Shown: positions 42,748 through 51,184 of the stretch, piece after piece | Layout of the letters: each line of letters opens with the position of its first letter | Position numbering within the stretch: position 1 is the stretch's first letter | Assembly: GCA_050633305.1 (NCBI GenBank) | Contig: JBOEGF010000018.1 | Coordinates: 640,001-704,000, forward strand | Length of the DNA: 64,000 nt | Source: Nannocystales bacterium | GTDB lineage: Bacteria; Myxococcota_A; Polyangia; Nannocystales; Nannocystaceae | Reading direction: 5' to 3' | Program-made: the position numbers and the translations under genes | Notes under the pieces: model-generated | Database searches by the model: none | The model's input: only the letters and a program-made list of their open reading frames with translations | Told to the model about the DNA's origin: nothing

Positions 42748-43911
42748 ATGGACATCGCTAGCATTGGACCGCTCGACGTCGAACCCGAGCAGGTTCGCCG
42801 AGCGTTCGAGGCCGTTGCCGACCGACTCGAGGGCCGCAAACTCGGCTTTCTCTACCTTCCGCACGACGTCGACGCGGGGCCGCTGTTGAAGGCCGCGTGC
42901 GACGGTCTCGGGGACCGAGTGGTGGGCGCCACGACGGGCGGGGCGGCCTTTACCGAGCGTGGCTTCACGCGTGACGGTGTCGTCGGAGGGGTGATCGGCG
43001 GAAGCGGATTCGACTATTCGGTGGCCGTGGCCCACGACCTCTCCCCGCGCAAGACACAACGCCTCGAAGACGCGTGTGGGGAGCTGGTCGTCGCTGCGCG
43101 GAAGTCGGTGAGCCGTGTTCCCGCGTTGTTGGCCCTTGGCGACGGTCGCTCCATCGATGGCGTTGCTTTAACCGAGACGCTCAGCCGCAGCCTCCCACCG
43201 CACTGGCGTATCTTCGGCGGGACCGCAGGAGACTCCCTCGTCTTCGAGGACCGATCTCGGGTCTTCGTCGACGGCGAGGTGCTCGACGGGGCGGCGGTCC
43301 TCGTGGGCTTGTTCTCGGACTCGAACTGCGGCGTGGCGGTTGGGCATGGTTGGTCAGCCGTGCAGGGGGCCAAGGAACTCGCGGTGAGTGAGATCGACGG
43401 GCACAACCTGATCGGGCTCGATGGGCGCCCCGCGGCGGAGGTGTTCGGGGAGGAGCTACACCGCTTGGGGTTGGTGCCGGATCCCGCAGTGCTCGTCCCC
43501 GACGCGTCGCGGTATCAATTCGGGGCGCGCTCGCGGTTCGGTGAACTCACGGTTCGCGCGGCACTCGAGTTCCCCGGGGACGGCAGCATCCGTCTCGCCG
43601 GAGGGGTCACCTTGGGGACGGTGCTGCAAGTCGTCGCGACCACGCCGGAGCGCCTGGCCGAATCTGCAAGCGAGGTCGGTCGCCGAGCGGTGGCCGAGTT
43701 CCCCGACGGAAGGACCCCTCGGGGCGGGCTGGTGTTCGATTGTGCCGGGCGCTTGGCCTATTTGGAGGACGCCTACCCAAGTCAGCTGCGTGGCTTCTTT
43801 GCCGGCCACGCGTTTCCTGTCGTCGGCGTGACCTCATACGGTGAGATCGCGAAGTTCGGTGGGAGCCTCGAGGGATTCCACAATGCTACCGCCGTGATGG
43901 CGGCATGGTGA
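42748..43911 (+). CDS. FIST domain signal-transduction protein
   Basis: VVGATTGG, IFGGTAGD, GHGW, LDGRPA, FDCAGR, GVTSYGEI, FHNAT. Confidence 0.85.
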   Translation: MDIASIGPLDVEPEQVRRAFEAVADRLEGRKLGFLYLPHDVDAGPLLKAACDGLGDRVVGATTGGAAFTERGFTRDGVVGGVIGGSGFDYSVAVAHDLSPRKTQRLEDACGELVVAARKSVSRVPALLALGDGRSIDGVALTETLSRSLPPHWRIFGGTAGDSLVFEDRSRVFVDGEVLDGAAVLVGLFSDSNCGVAVGHGWSAVQGAKELAVSEIDGHNLIGLDGRPAAEVFGEELHRLGLVPDPAVLVPDASRYQFGARSRFGELTVRAALEFPGDGSIRLAGGVTLGTVLQVVATTPERLAESASEVGRRAVAEFPDGRTPRGGLVFDCAGRLAYLEDAYPSQLRGFFAGHAFPVVGVTSYGEIAKFGGSLEGFHNATAVMAAW

Positions 43912-43915
43912 TCGA

Positions 43916-45709
43916 TTGAAGGCGCTGCTCAAGGTCGGCTACGGGTGCAACGAGCACTGCACCTTCTGCCACACGCAGGACGTCCGACACATCGACGGTG
44001 CATCCGAGGAGGTCGAGGCCAAGATCGATCGTGCGAAGGCGCTTGGCCATTCGATGGTGGTGCTCTCGGGGGGAGAATCGACGATCCGCCCCGAGTTCTT
44101 CTCTTGGGCCCGCCGCATCGCGAGTCTGGACATGGATCTGGGGTTGGTCACCAACGGTCTGGTGCTCGCCTATCCGGACGTCATCGAGCGGTTGGTCAGC
44201 CTCCGTCTGCGCTACGTCTACATGTCCTTGCACGGCGGGGAGGCGCGCATCCACAACCGCCTGGTTCGGCGAGACTCCTTCGAGGCGGCTGCGTCGGCGT
44301 TGAACAACCTCTCGGGCCGCGGGCTCGACCTGACCGCCAATTGTGTCGTCACGCGGCAGAACGTGGAGCACCTCCGGGGCTTGGTCGACCACGTCGCGCG
44401 GCTGCCCGATGTGCGCTTGAAGTTCTCGTGGGTGGAACCAAAGGGCGGGGCCGCTCATCTCCTCGAGACGTTGGTCCCCCCACTCGAAACCGCTGCTGCT
44501 GCCGTGTCGGAGGCGCTCCGTCGATGGGACGAGACGACCGGACGGCCCTCCCAGGCTGTTCACGGGGGATTTCCGTTGTGCTCGTTGCCTGGCTTCGAGT
44601 CGCGCTACGACGACCTACGCACACATGACTACTGGACCATGAGCGAGATCGGCGAGCCCGATCTGTTCCCGATCGACGATCGAAACAAGTCGAAACCCGC
44701 GCCGTGCGAGCGCTGCAATCTGCGCGGAGGCTGCCCGGGACTGTTCCGACTGTACGGCGAACGCTTTGGTCACGACATGCTCCGCCCGCGAGAGGATGGG
44801 GTCCGGAGTAACAGCATCGACTTCGTCTACGAACACATGCAGACCGATGGGTACGCCGAGGGCGACGCCTGCCCGGTTTGGGCCGCGAGCGCGCGCCCCT
44901 ACGATCGGGACCGTCACGTCTTCGTGCGGCACGGCGCGAAGGTCGGCCGTTATCGCGCGCTATCCCGGGATTTCGACGATGACGAACTCGAGCGCATGAA
45001 GTTCGACACGGCGCAGCTGTACCTCGACGCGTCCCGGAAGTCCGCACCGAACGACTTCGCCCGCGACCTCGTCAAGCTCGACCGTAGCGAGCTGTGTCGT
45101 GAGTGCCCGGGCCACGACACCTGCGCGGGGATGTTCGAGCCGCGCTTCGAGGATGTCTTTGGTCGCGATGACGCGGTCGTCCGAGCACACCTCGGGTCGC
45201 TGCGCGGCGACGTGCTCGACGTGGGCTGCGGCGAGATGCCCTACGCCGACACCCTGAGCACGGGAATCGAGTCCGGTGCGCTGCGATATCTCGGTGTCGA
45301 CCCCGACGCTGAGGCCTTGGCGGCCGTTGCGGCCCGTCTGCCGCCGGTTGAGCTCCACGTCGGCACCTTGGCCAGCATCGACCCGCAGCGAACATTCGAC
45401 CACGTCTTGGTGCTGCGGAGCTGGAACCACCTCCCCGATCCGCACGGCTTCGCGGAGCGCGTTGCGACGATGCTCCGCCCCGGTGGCTCCCTGGTGGTCG
45501 TGGACAACGTCGCCTTCGCCCTGTTGAGGACTCCGGCGCAGACACGGGTGGCCCAGGGGTCGGCCGCCCGCTGGGAGCATTGCCGAAACGATGACGACCA
45601 GCAGGCTCACAGCGTCCTCGAGAGTGCCGGGTTGACGCTGCAGCGAAGGCTGCCGATCCGCCCCTCGGGAAGCAACCAGTGGATGCTCCTGTACACTCGC
45701 CCTGCATGA
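43916..45709 (+). CDS. His-Xaa-Ser system radical SAM maturase (HxsC-like) fused to a C-terminal class I SAM-dependent methyltransferase
   Basis: CNEHCTFC (CX3CX2C), LSGGE, LVTNG, SLHG; Cys clusters CERCNLRGGC and CRECPGHDTC; VLDVGCG, FDHV..SWNHL, LRPGG. Context next to HxsD-like genes and HxS-repeat peptides. Confidence 0.85.
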   Translation: MKALLKVGYGCNEHCTFCHTQDVRHIDGASEEVEAKIDRAKALGHSMVVLSGGESTIRPEFFSWARRIASLDMDLGLVTNGLVLAYPDVIERLVSLRLRYVYMSLHGGEARIHNRLVRRDSFEAAASALNNLSGRGLDLTANCVVTRQNVEHLRGLVDHVARLPDVRLKFSWVEPKGGAAHLLETLVPPLETAAAAVSEALRRWDETTGRPSQAVHGGFPLCSLPGFESRYDDLRTHDYWTMSEIGEPDLFPIDDRNKSKPAPCERCNLRGGCPGLFRLYGERFGHDMLRPREDGVRSNSIDFVYEHMQTDGYAEGDACPVWAASARPYDRDRHVFVRHGAKVGRYRALSRDFDDDELERMKFDTAQLYLDASRKSAPNDFARDLVKLDRSELCRECPGHDTCAGMFEPRFEDVFGRDDAVVRAHLGSLRGDVLDVGCGEMPYADTLSTGIESGALRYLGVDPDAEALAAVAARLPPVELHVGTLASIDPQRTFDHVLVLRSWNHLPDPHGFAERVATMLRPGGSLVVVDNVAFALLRTPAQTRVAQGSAARWEHCRNDDDQQAHSVLESAGLTLQRRLPIRPSGSNQWMLLYTRPA

Positions 45710-46170
45710 GTGCTGCGCCTGGTTTTCCCGACGACGCTGCGGAGATCGATGCGGACGACGGTCGCGTGTCGCTGGTTGTCGATGCCGAGCTGTACCCGCG
45801 TGATGCCGTGTATGCGGCGGTCATGCCGATGCTCGCGACGGCCTTCGTCATGCTCGACCAGTCACCGCAGGGGAGGACCCGCATCGAGCTGCGTCCCCGC
45901 GAAGCCTCCAACCCCGGCGCGTTGCGAGCGATGCTCGGGGGGCTCGCGAACGAGCTGTTGGTCGCGACGACCCGATCGGAGATCGCAAAACGACGGGGAG
46001 GCCTGTTGGAAGCTGTCACGCGCCGCGCCGTCTCGGGCGCGATGGGTGCACCGTCGCTCGACGACCTCGAGGGCTTTGATCTGGATGGGGATGCGTTTGA
46101 AGATCCTCTGGGCATCGCCGATTCGTGGGACCGCAGCCACGGCACGCCACAAGGAAAGGACGACGCATGA
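45706..46170 (+). CDS. hxsD: His-Xaa-Ser system protein HxsD-like
   Basis: ATGA overlap with the rSAM stop; VDAELYPRDAVYAA...LANELL...RSEI pattern recalls HxsD. Confidence 0.7.
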   Translation: MSAAPGFPDDAAEIDADDGRVSLVVDAELYPRDAVYAAVMPMLATAFVMLDQSPQGRTRIELRPREASNPGALRAMLGGLANELLVATTRSEIAKRRGGLLEAVTRRAVSGAMGAPSLDDLEGFDLDGDAFEDPLGIADSWDRSHGTPQGKDDA

Positions 46171-46406
46171 GCACGCTTCGATTCCACAAGGAGCTGTATT
46201 CGGGGATGGCTGTCGATGCCGCGATGAAGCGCTTCGAGCGGTTCGCGACCTTCGAGGTCGCCGATGACGCCAGCCACTGGACCGTGGTGGTGAAGGCGGA
46301 ACGCCCGGAGCAGCAGACGCAGCTGGAGCGGGAGCTGGGTAACTTCGCGTTGGGACTCACGATCGAGCGCGGTGGTCCGGACGTCGCCGAAGACGCCTCA
46401 GACTGA
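46167..46406 (+). CDS. Second, shorter HxsD-like protein
   Basis: ATGA overlap, AAGGA RBS; FHKELYSGMAVDAAM...ELGNFAL parallels the upstream protein. Confidence 0.6.
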   Translation: MSTLRFHKELYSGMAVDAAMKRFERFATFEVADDASHWTVVVKAERPEQQTQLERELGNFALGLTIERGGPDVAEDASD

Positions 46407-46452
46407 TATGCTGGGCGGGCGCGACGGTTGAGTGGCGCATTGGAGTGCGAGG

Positions 46453-46776
46453 ATGGACGACGACCGCAAGACAGATGATGGCGACGCTTTGCCGAGCTTT
46501 CGCGCGGCGGCGTCATCCGTGCTGGGCACCGACGCCCGTACGATCTCCGCCCGCGCTCGCTCCGCCGCCGATGAGCCCCCAACTGCCCCGGGAGCTGTGA
46601 TCGGGGGGGAAACGGCGGCCGGTGGTGGCCCTTCCCACTGCAGCCACGGGTCGCACGGCAGCCACGGGTCGCACGGTAGTCACGGATCGCACGGCAGCCA
46701 CGGGTCGCACGGCAGCCACGGGTCGCACGGCAGCCACGGGTCGCACGGTAGCCACGGGTCGCACGGCTCCTGGTAA
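46453..46776 (+). CDS. hxsA: His-Xaa-Ser repeat precursor peptide 1 (HxsA-like), core HCS(HGS)14W
   Basis: 107 aa; acidic leader, then 15 His-Xaa-Ser triplets and terminal Trp. Confidence 0.9.
   Translation: MDDDRKTDDGDALPSFRAAASSVLGTDARTISARARSAADEPPTAPGAVIGGETAAGGGPSHCSHGSHGSHGSHGSHGSHGSHGSHGSHGSHGSHGSHGSHGSHGSW
46636..46770 (+). repeat. 9/18-nt coding tandem repeat (CACGGGTCGCACGGCAGC)n encoding HGS
   Basis: 135 nt, 15 triplets, with alternating TCG/AGY Ser codons. Confidence 0.95.
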
Positions 46777-46886
46777 GAGGGGGCTGTAGGCCCCAGTGCG
46801 AGGCTCAAAAACGCGGTCCATCCAGCCCACGGGTCGCCCGGATCAAGCCGGCAAGCCTGATATCATCCACGAAGGGGGCGCTTCCG

Positions 46887-47189
46887 GTGAATGATCGAAA
46901 CGAAGACCAGACAGCGGACGAGACGAACGACGACACGATCGAGTTGCCGTCGTATCAAGCCTCGCCGTCTGCGGTCCTCGGCGAGAACGCCCGCGAGATT
47001 TCCGCGCGTGCCCGCGCACAGGCCGACGAGCCGCCGGCGGGCAACGACACGATCAACGGGGGCGGAACAATGTTGGCGCCCAGCCACTGTAGTCACGGCT
47101 CGCACGGCAGTCACGGCTCGCACGGCAGCCATGGCTCGCACGGAAGTCACGGTTCACACGGAAGTCACGGAAGTCACGGGAGCTGGTAG
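46887..47189 (+). CDS. hxsA: His-Xaa-Ser repeat precursor peptide 2 (HxsA-like), core HCS(HGS)10W
   Basis: 100 aa, GTG start after GAAGGGGG; leader paralogous to precursor 1; 11 triplets and terminal Trp. Confidence 0.9.
   Translation: MNDRNEDQTADETNDDTIELPSYQASPSAVLGENAREISARARAQADEPPAGNDTINGGGTMLAPSHCSHGSHGSHGSHGSHGSHGSHGSHGSHGSHGSW
47085..47183 (+). repeat. 9-nt coding tandem repeat encoding HCS(HGS)10
   Basis: 99 nt, with more synonymous divergence than the first array. Confidence 0.95.
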
Positions 47190-47243
47190 CCGAATGAGCC
47201 GCCCGATCGAAATCCGGAGGTGGGTGTTCGAGCCCAGCGCTGC

Positions 47244-49520
47244 ATGAGCGACGAATCGCCCAGCAACGAGGGGGCTCCGACCCCGAGCGAAGAGACCGGG
47301 ACAGGTCCCGCCCCGACCTCCGAGAGCGAAGCCGTGCGGCGTCGGCTCACGATGTTCGTGCAGCCGCGCACAAAGATGGAGAGCGCAAAGGGTCGCCGAC
47401 GGGTGCTCTACGTGGGCACCAACCCTCGTGAGTCGGCGAACCTGCAGGAGCTGCTCAACGATGCGGTCGACCCTGGGTTCGGTGTCGAGCATGCGCCCGA
47501 CGAGACGATCGCTGTCGAGATGCTGAATCGCTCGGACAAAGCGTTTCAAGTGGTTGTCGTCGAGCTCGATCGCGACCGACGAATGTGGACTCGGCTGGTC
47601 CGCGACCGACGACTGCCCAGCATTCCCCTGATCGTTGTCGACCACCGGGGCACGCCTGAGGAGCGCTCTCTTCGTCGATCTCAGCTCCTCAAGGAAGGCG
47701 CGGCGGGGTACGTCCGCCGTAGCGAGCTCTCCGGAGCCATGCTCGAGGCGCTTGTGTTCGCTGCGCTCGAGCGCGCACAGATGCGTCAGGCCCTCAGCGA
47801 GGTCCAAGAACGATTCGCCCTGGCGGTCCGCGGAGCCAACGACGGGGTGTGGGAGTGGATTCTCGAAACCGGTGAGATGCACTTCAGCCGGCGATGGCGA
47901 GAGTTGCTCGGCTACGGTGTCGACGACCTCTCCAACTCGGTCAACGAGTGGTTTGACCGCGTCCACGCCGAGGACATCGCGGCCCTCAAAGAGGACATCG
48001 ACGCCCACCTCAATGGGGACAGCCCGTACCACGAGAGTGAGCATCGGATTCGGGCCAGCGACGGAACCTACCGCTGGGTGATCTCGCGCGCCGTGGCCCA
48101 GCGTCAAAACGGACGTCCGGTTCGGATGGCCGGGTCGATCACCGACACGTCCGACTACCGTCTGCGCGAGGAAAAGATCCGAGAGGAGTCGCGTCAGGAT
48201 GCATTGACCGGACTTCCCCGTCGGGAGCCGTTCATGGAACAGCTCGCGCGGGCGGTTCGACTCGCGGACACCGACGAGACGTACTGCTTCACCGCCTTGA
48301 TGGTCGATGTTGACCGCTTCCGGTGGCTCGCGGACTCCATCGGACACCAAGCGGCGGACGGCATGCTCGCCATTCTCGCCCGCCGCCTGGTCGCCTGCGT
48401 CCGCCCTGGGGACACCGTCTCCCGCTTTGGTGGGGACAAGTTCGCCGTGCTGCTGGAGAACCTTCGCGATGTCGACACGGCGACAGACATCGCCAACCGG
48501 ATTCGCCTGTCCGTGCACGAGCCGTTCGACGTCGAAGGACAGACGGTCTACACCACCGTCTCGATCGGGCTGACGACCTCGGACCGAGCGTACGCCGATG
48601 TCGACGAGGTCATCAGCGATGTCGCCGCTGCCGCGAACAAGGCCAAGGAGCGCGGACAGGATCGCCACGAGGTGTTCGATACGAAGATGCGCATCGACGC
48701 ATTGACGACGCTTCGCCTCGAAGTTGCGTTGCGTCAGGCGGTGGAGCGCGAGGAGTTCGAGCTGCACTACCAGCCGATCGTCGATCTCAAGTCCGGCGCG
48801 CTGATGGGCTTCGAAGCGCTCACCCGCTGGCGTCACCCACGTCGTGGCATCGTCTCACCGGCCGAGTTCATCCCCGTGGCCGAGCAGACTGGGCTCATCA
48901 TTCCGATTGGGCGGTGGGCGATTCGTGTCGCGCTCGAACAACTCGGTCGTTGGCAGGCGACGCTCCCGAGCAGCAACGGTGGCAAGCCACTGTCGATGAG
49001 CGTCAACCTCTCGGGCCGACAGATCGCGGACCCGCGGTTGCTCGACGAGATTCGTACCGCGATGACCGAGAACAACATCGCCGAGGACACGTTCCGCCTC
49101 GAGCTGACGGAGTCCGTTCTCATGGACAACTCGGAGTCCGTCTCGCGGACGCTGGCGACCTTGCGGTCCAACGGCGTGCGGATCTGGGTCGACGACTTTG
49201 GTACCGGGTACTCGTCGTTGAGCTACTTGCATCGGTTCCAGTTCGATGGGCTCAAGATCGACAAGAGCTTCGTCGACGCGTTGGACGGGTCGCCACAGGG
49301 CGCGGCGATGATTCGAACGATCCTCAGCCTGGCGTCGAACCTCGGCGTTGAGGTGATCGCGGAGGGGATCGAGTACACGGTCCAGGCCGACCAACTCCTC
49401 GAGCTCGGATGTGTGCGAGGCCAGGGCTACTTGTTCAGCCGGCCGATCGCTGCAGCGAAGGTTCAGGGATACGTCGCCGGAGGCTCAACCGAGCCCGCGG
49501 GTCCGCCTGTCGCATCGTAG
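47244..49520 (+). CDS. Receiver-like/PAS/GGDEF/EAL c-di-GMP signalling protein
   Basis: GANDGVWEW PAS, DALTGLP, RFGGDKF, LHYQPIV..FEALTRW, DDFGTGYSSLSYL, KIDKSF, AEGIE. Confidence 0.92.
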   Translation: MSDESPSNEGAPTPSEETGTGPAPTSESEAVRRRLTMFVQPRTKMESAKGRRRVLYVGTNPRESANLQELLNDAVDPGFGVEHAPDETIAVEMLNRSDKAFQVVVVELDRDRRMWTRLVRDRRLPSIPLIVVDHRGTPEERSLRRSQLLKEGAAGYVRRSELSGAMLEALVFAALERAQMRQALSEVQERFALAVRGANDGVWEWILETGEMHFSRRWRELLGYGVDDLSNSVNEWFDRVHAEDIAALKEDIDAHLNGDSPYHESEHRIRASDGTYRWVISRAVAQRQNGRPVRMAGSITDTSDYRLREEKIREESRQDALTGLPRREPFMEQLARAVRLADTDETYCFTALMVDVDRFRWLADSIGHQAADGMLAILARRLVACVRPGDTVSRFGGDKFAVLLENLRDVDTATDIANRIRLSVHEPFDVEGQTVYTTVSIGLTTSDRAYADVDEVISDVAAAANKAKERGQDRHEVFDTKMRIDALTTLRLEVALRQAVEREEFELHYQPIVDLKSGALMGFEALTRWRHPRRGIVSPAEFIPVAEQTGLIIPIGRWAIRVALEQLGRWQATLPSSNGGKPLSMSVNLSGRQIADPRLLDEIRTAMTENNIAEDTFRLELTESVLMDNSESVSRTLATLRSNGVRIWVDDFGTGYSSLSYLHRFQFDGLKIDKSFVDALDGSPQGAAMIRTILSLASNLGVEVIAEGIEYTVQADQLLELGCVRGQGYLFSRPIAAAKVQGYVAGGSTEPAGPPVAS

Positions 49521-49548
49521 GCGGTCTCCGAGGTCGCCCACAAACGAG

Positions 49549-49575
49549 AACGCCCCCGCGAGCGCAGGGGCGTTT
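49549..49575. terminator. Hairpin between convergent genes (possible bidirectional terminator)
   Basis: AACGCCCC(C)GCG..CGC(A)GGGGCGTT stem. Confidence 0.55.
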
Positions 49576-49607
49576 GTCTGGTTGGGAGAGAGGCGCCAGG
49601 GCTGCCG

Positions 49608-50849
49608 CTACATCGTGAACGGGTAGGTCGTGCCCATCTGACCGCTCTTGAAGCGACGGAAGCTGGCCGACTTCACGGCATCTTCCACACACTTGCCCAA
49701 CGCGGTCCCGCCGTGCGGGGCGTCTGCGGCGGCGGAGAGCACCTTGCCTGTATCGCCCTGGATCGAGAGCTTCACACGGACCTTGGTGCCCGCAGCCGCT
49801 CCGTGCTTCGACCCGCACGCCTTGGCTTTGCTCTTGACGGGCTTGATCCCTGCGCGGACATCGTTGGTCGACAGCTTGCTGGGCAGCGTCTTGTCGAGGT
49901 CCTTCTTGTCGAGTTGTGCCCGGCGAGCTTCCGCGCACCCGGGTTTGTCAGGGTTGAGCAGGCAGTCGCTTGAGAATTTCCCGTCGGTCTTTCCACCCGG
50001 GGCGGGCTTGGGCTCGGGCTCGGGCTCGGGAGCGGCCCCCGCCGTAGGCTTGCGTCGGCGCTTCCGGGTCGACGCGCTCGCGCTGACCTCGGGTTCTGCC
50101 TCGACCTCCGGCTCGGGTTCGGGCTCAGGTTCGGGTTCGGGCTCGGGCTCGGGCTCAGGTTCAGCCATCGCGAGCTTGGCAGGTTCGGGCTCGGGCTTGC
50201 GGTCCGCGACCGGTTCGGGCTTGGGCTCGGGCTTGACGGGTGCCGCGGCGACCGTCTTGGGCTCGGGCTTCTTGTCACCACCGGCGAACCCGACGAAGTA
50301 GATCGCGAGGCCGGCGGCGGCGAGTCCCAGAAGGAGCAACAGCATCTTGTTTCCGCCGCCTTCCTCCTCCTCGCCCGAAGACGAGCTGACCGTCACCGGG
50401 GTGGGCTCGGCGCTTGGCTTGGACTTGGCGGCAGTGTCGGCGACGAGCGCGGCGGCAGCTTTTGAATCGTCGCTCTCCTCGGGCTCGTCGTCGGCGGAGG
50501 TGTCGTTTGACGGCGTGGCGGCGACCGGCTTGGAGTCCTCGTCGCTAGACTTGTCGTCGTCCGAAGATTCTTCTCCGGAAGCCTTGCCGTCGGAACTGGC
50601 CGAGGCGGCCGGCTTCGCGTCGGACTTTTCTTCCGCGGCCTCCCGAGCGGCGTCCTCGTCGAGCACGACGGAGGTCGCAGCTTCGCCACCGAACCCGCCG
50701 ACGCCGAGGTCTCCGTCCTCGTCGGCGCTCGCCCCGATGTTGGGGCTCGAGTCCTCGTCGTCGTCGTCTGAGCCAAACGCGGCAGCAAGGTCCTCGATAT
50801 CCTGGAGCCCGGAGCTCTCTGCGTCGTCCTTTGATTTCTCGTCGACCAT
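49608..50849 (-). CDS. Bitopic membrane protein: acidic disordered N-terminus, TM, Pro-Glu repeats, TonB-C/AgmX-like C-terminal domain
   Basis: [20 protein letters not shown]; (EP)n linker; [30 protein letters not shown]. Confidence 0.65.
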   Translation of the reverse strand: MVDEKSKDDAESSGLQDIEDLAAAFGSDDDDEDSSPNIGASADEDGDLGVGGFGGEAATSVVLDEDAAREAAEEKSDAKPAASASSDGKASGEESSDDDKSSDEDSKPVAATPSNDTSADDEPEESDDSKAAAALVADTAAKSKPSAEPTPVTVSSSSGEEEEGGGNKMLLLLLGLAAAGLAIYFVGFAGGDKKPEPKTVAAAPVKPEPKPEPVADRKPEPEPAKLAMAEPEPEPEPEPEPEPEPEPEVEAEPEVSASASTRKRRRKPTAGAAPEPEPEPKPAPGGKTDGKFSSDCLLNPDKPGCAEARRAQLDKKDLDKTLPSKLSTNDVRAGIKPVKSKAKACGSKHGAAAGTKVRVKLSIQGDTGKVLSAAADAPHGGTALGKCVEDAVKSASFRRFKSGQMGTTYPFTM

Positions 50850-51184
50850 GGTGTCGTCAGGGGTTCTTTATGTCGTCTGCGTCACGCGTCTGCGCGACAG
50901 TGTTCAACGAACGGCATCCCGATTCCGTTCCCCTGGGGCCGGAGTTTAGCCCACCAGTGCGGGCAAACCGCAATTCTGGGCCCTCAGCCCGGCGTTCGCG
51001 CCTTGCTCGGCCGTTCAGGGCATTTTCGAGCTTGAGGCGGGTTCGCGGCGGGTCTCGGGGCCGCGCATCTCGCGAGGTGGCGGCATGCGAGCTTGCTCTC
51101 GTCGCAGTGCTGACACGCTAGCGGCACGATCGGCGCTGGCTTGGACGGGGCGGGTCCTCACCCCGGAGCTTTGGAAGGTGCCCT

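Noticed and set aside
46513..47150. Antisense ORFs with (VRPVAA)n or (AVRAVT)n repeats
   Set aside because: Shadows of the HGS repeats; the + strand frame has the conserved leader and operon context.
46636..47183. Repeat arrays as CRISPR or non-coding VNTR
   Set aside because: No spacers and no cas genes; variation is confined to synonymous positions of an HGS reading frame.
50000..50270. GGCTCG hexamer repeats
   Set aside because: They encode an ordinary Pro-Glu periplasmic linker.
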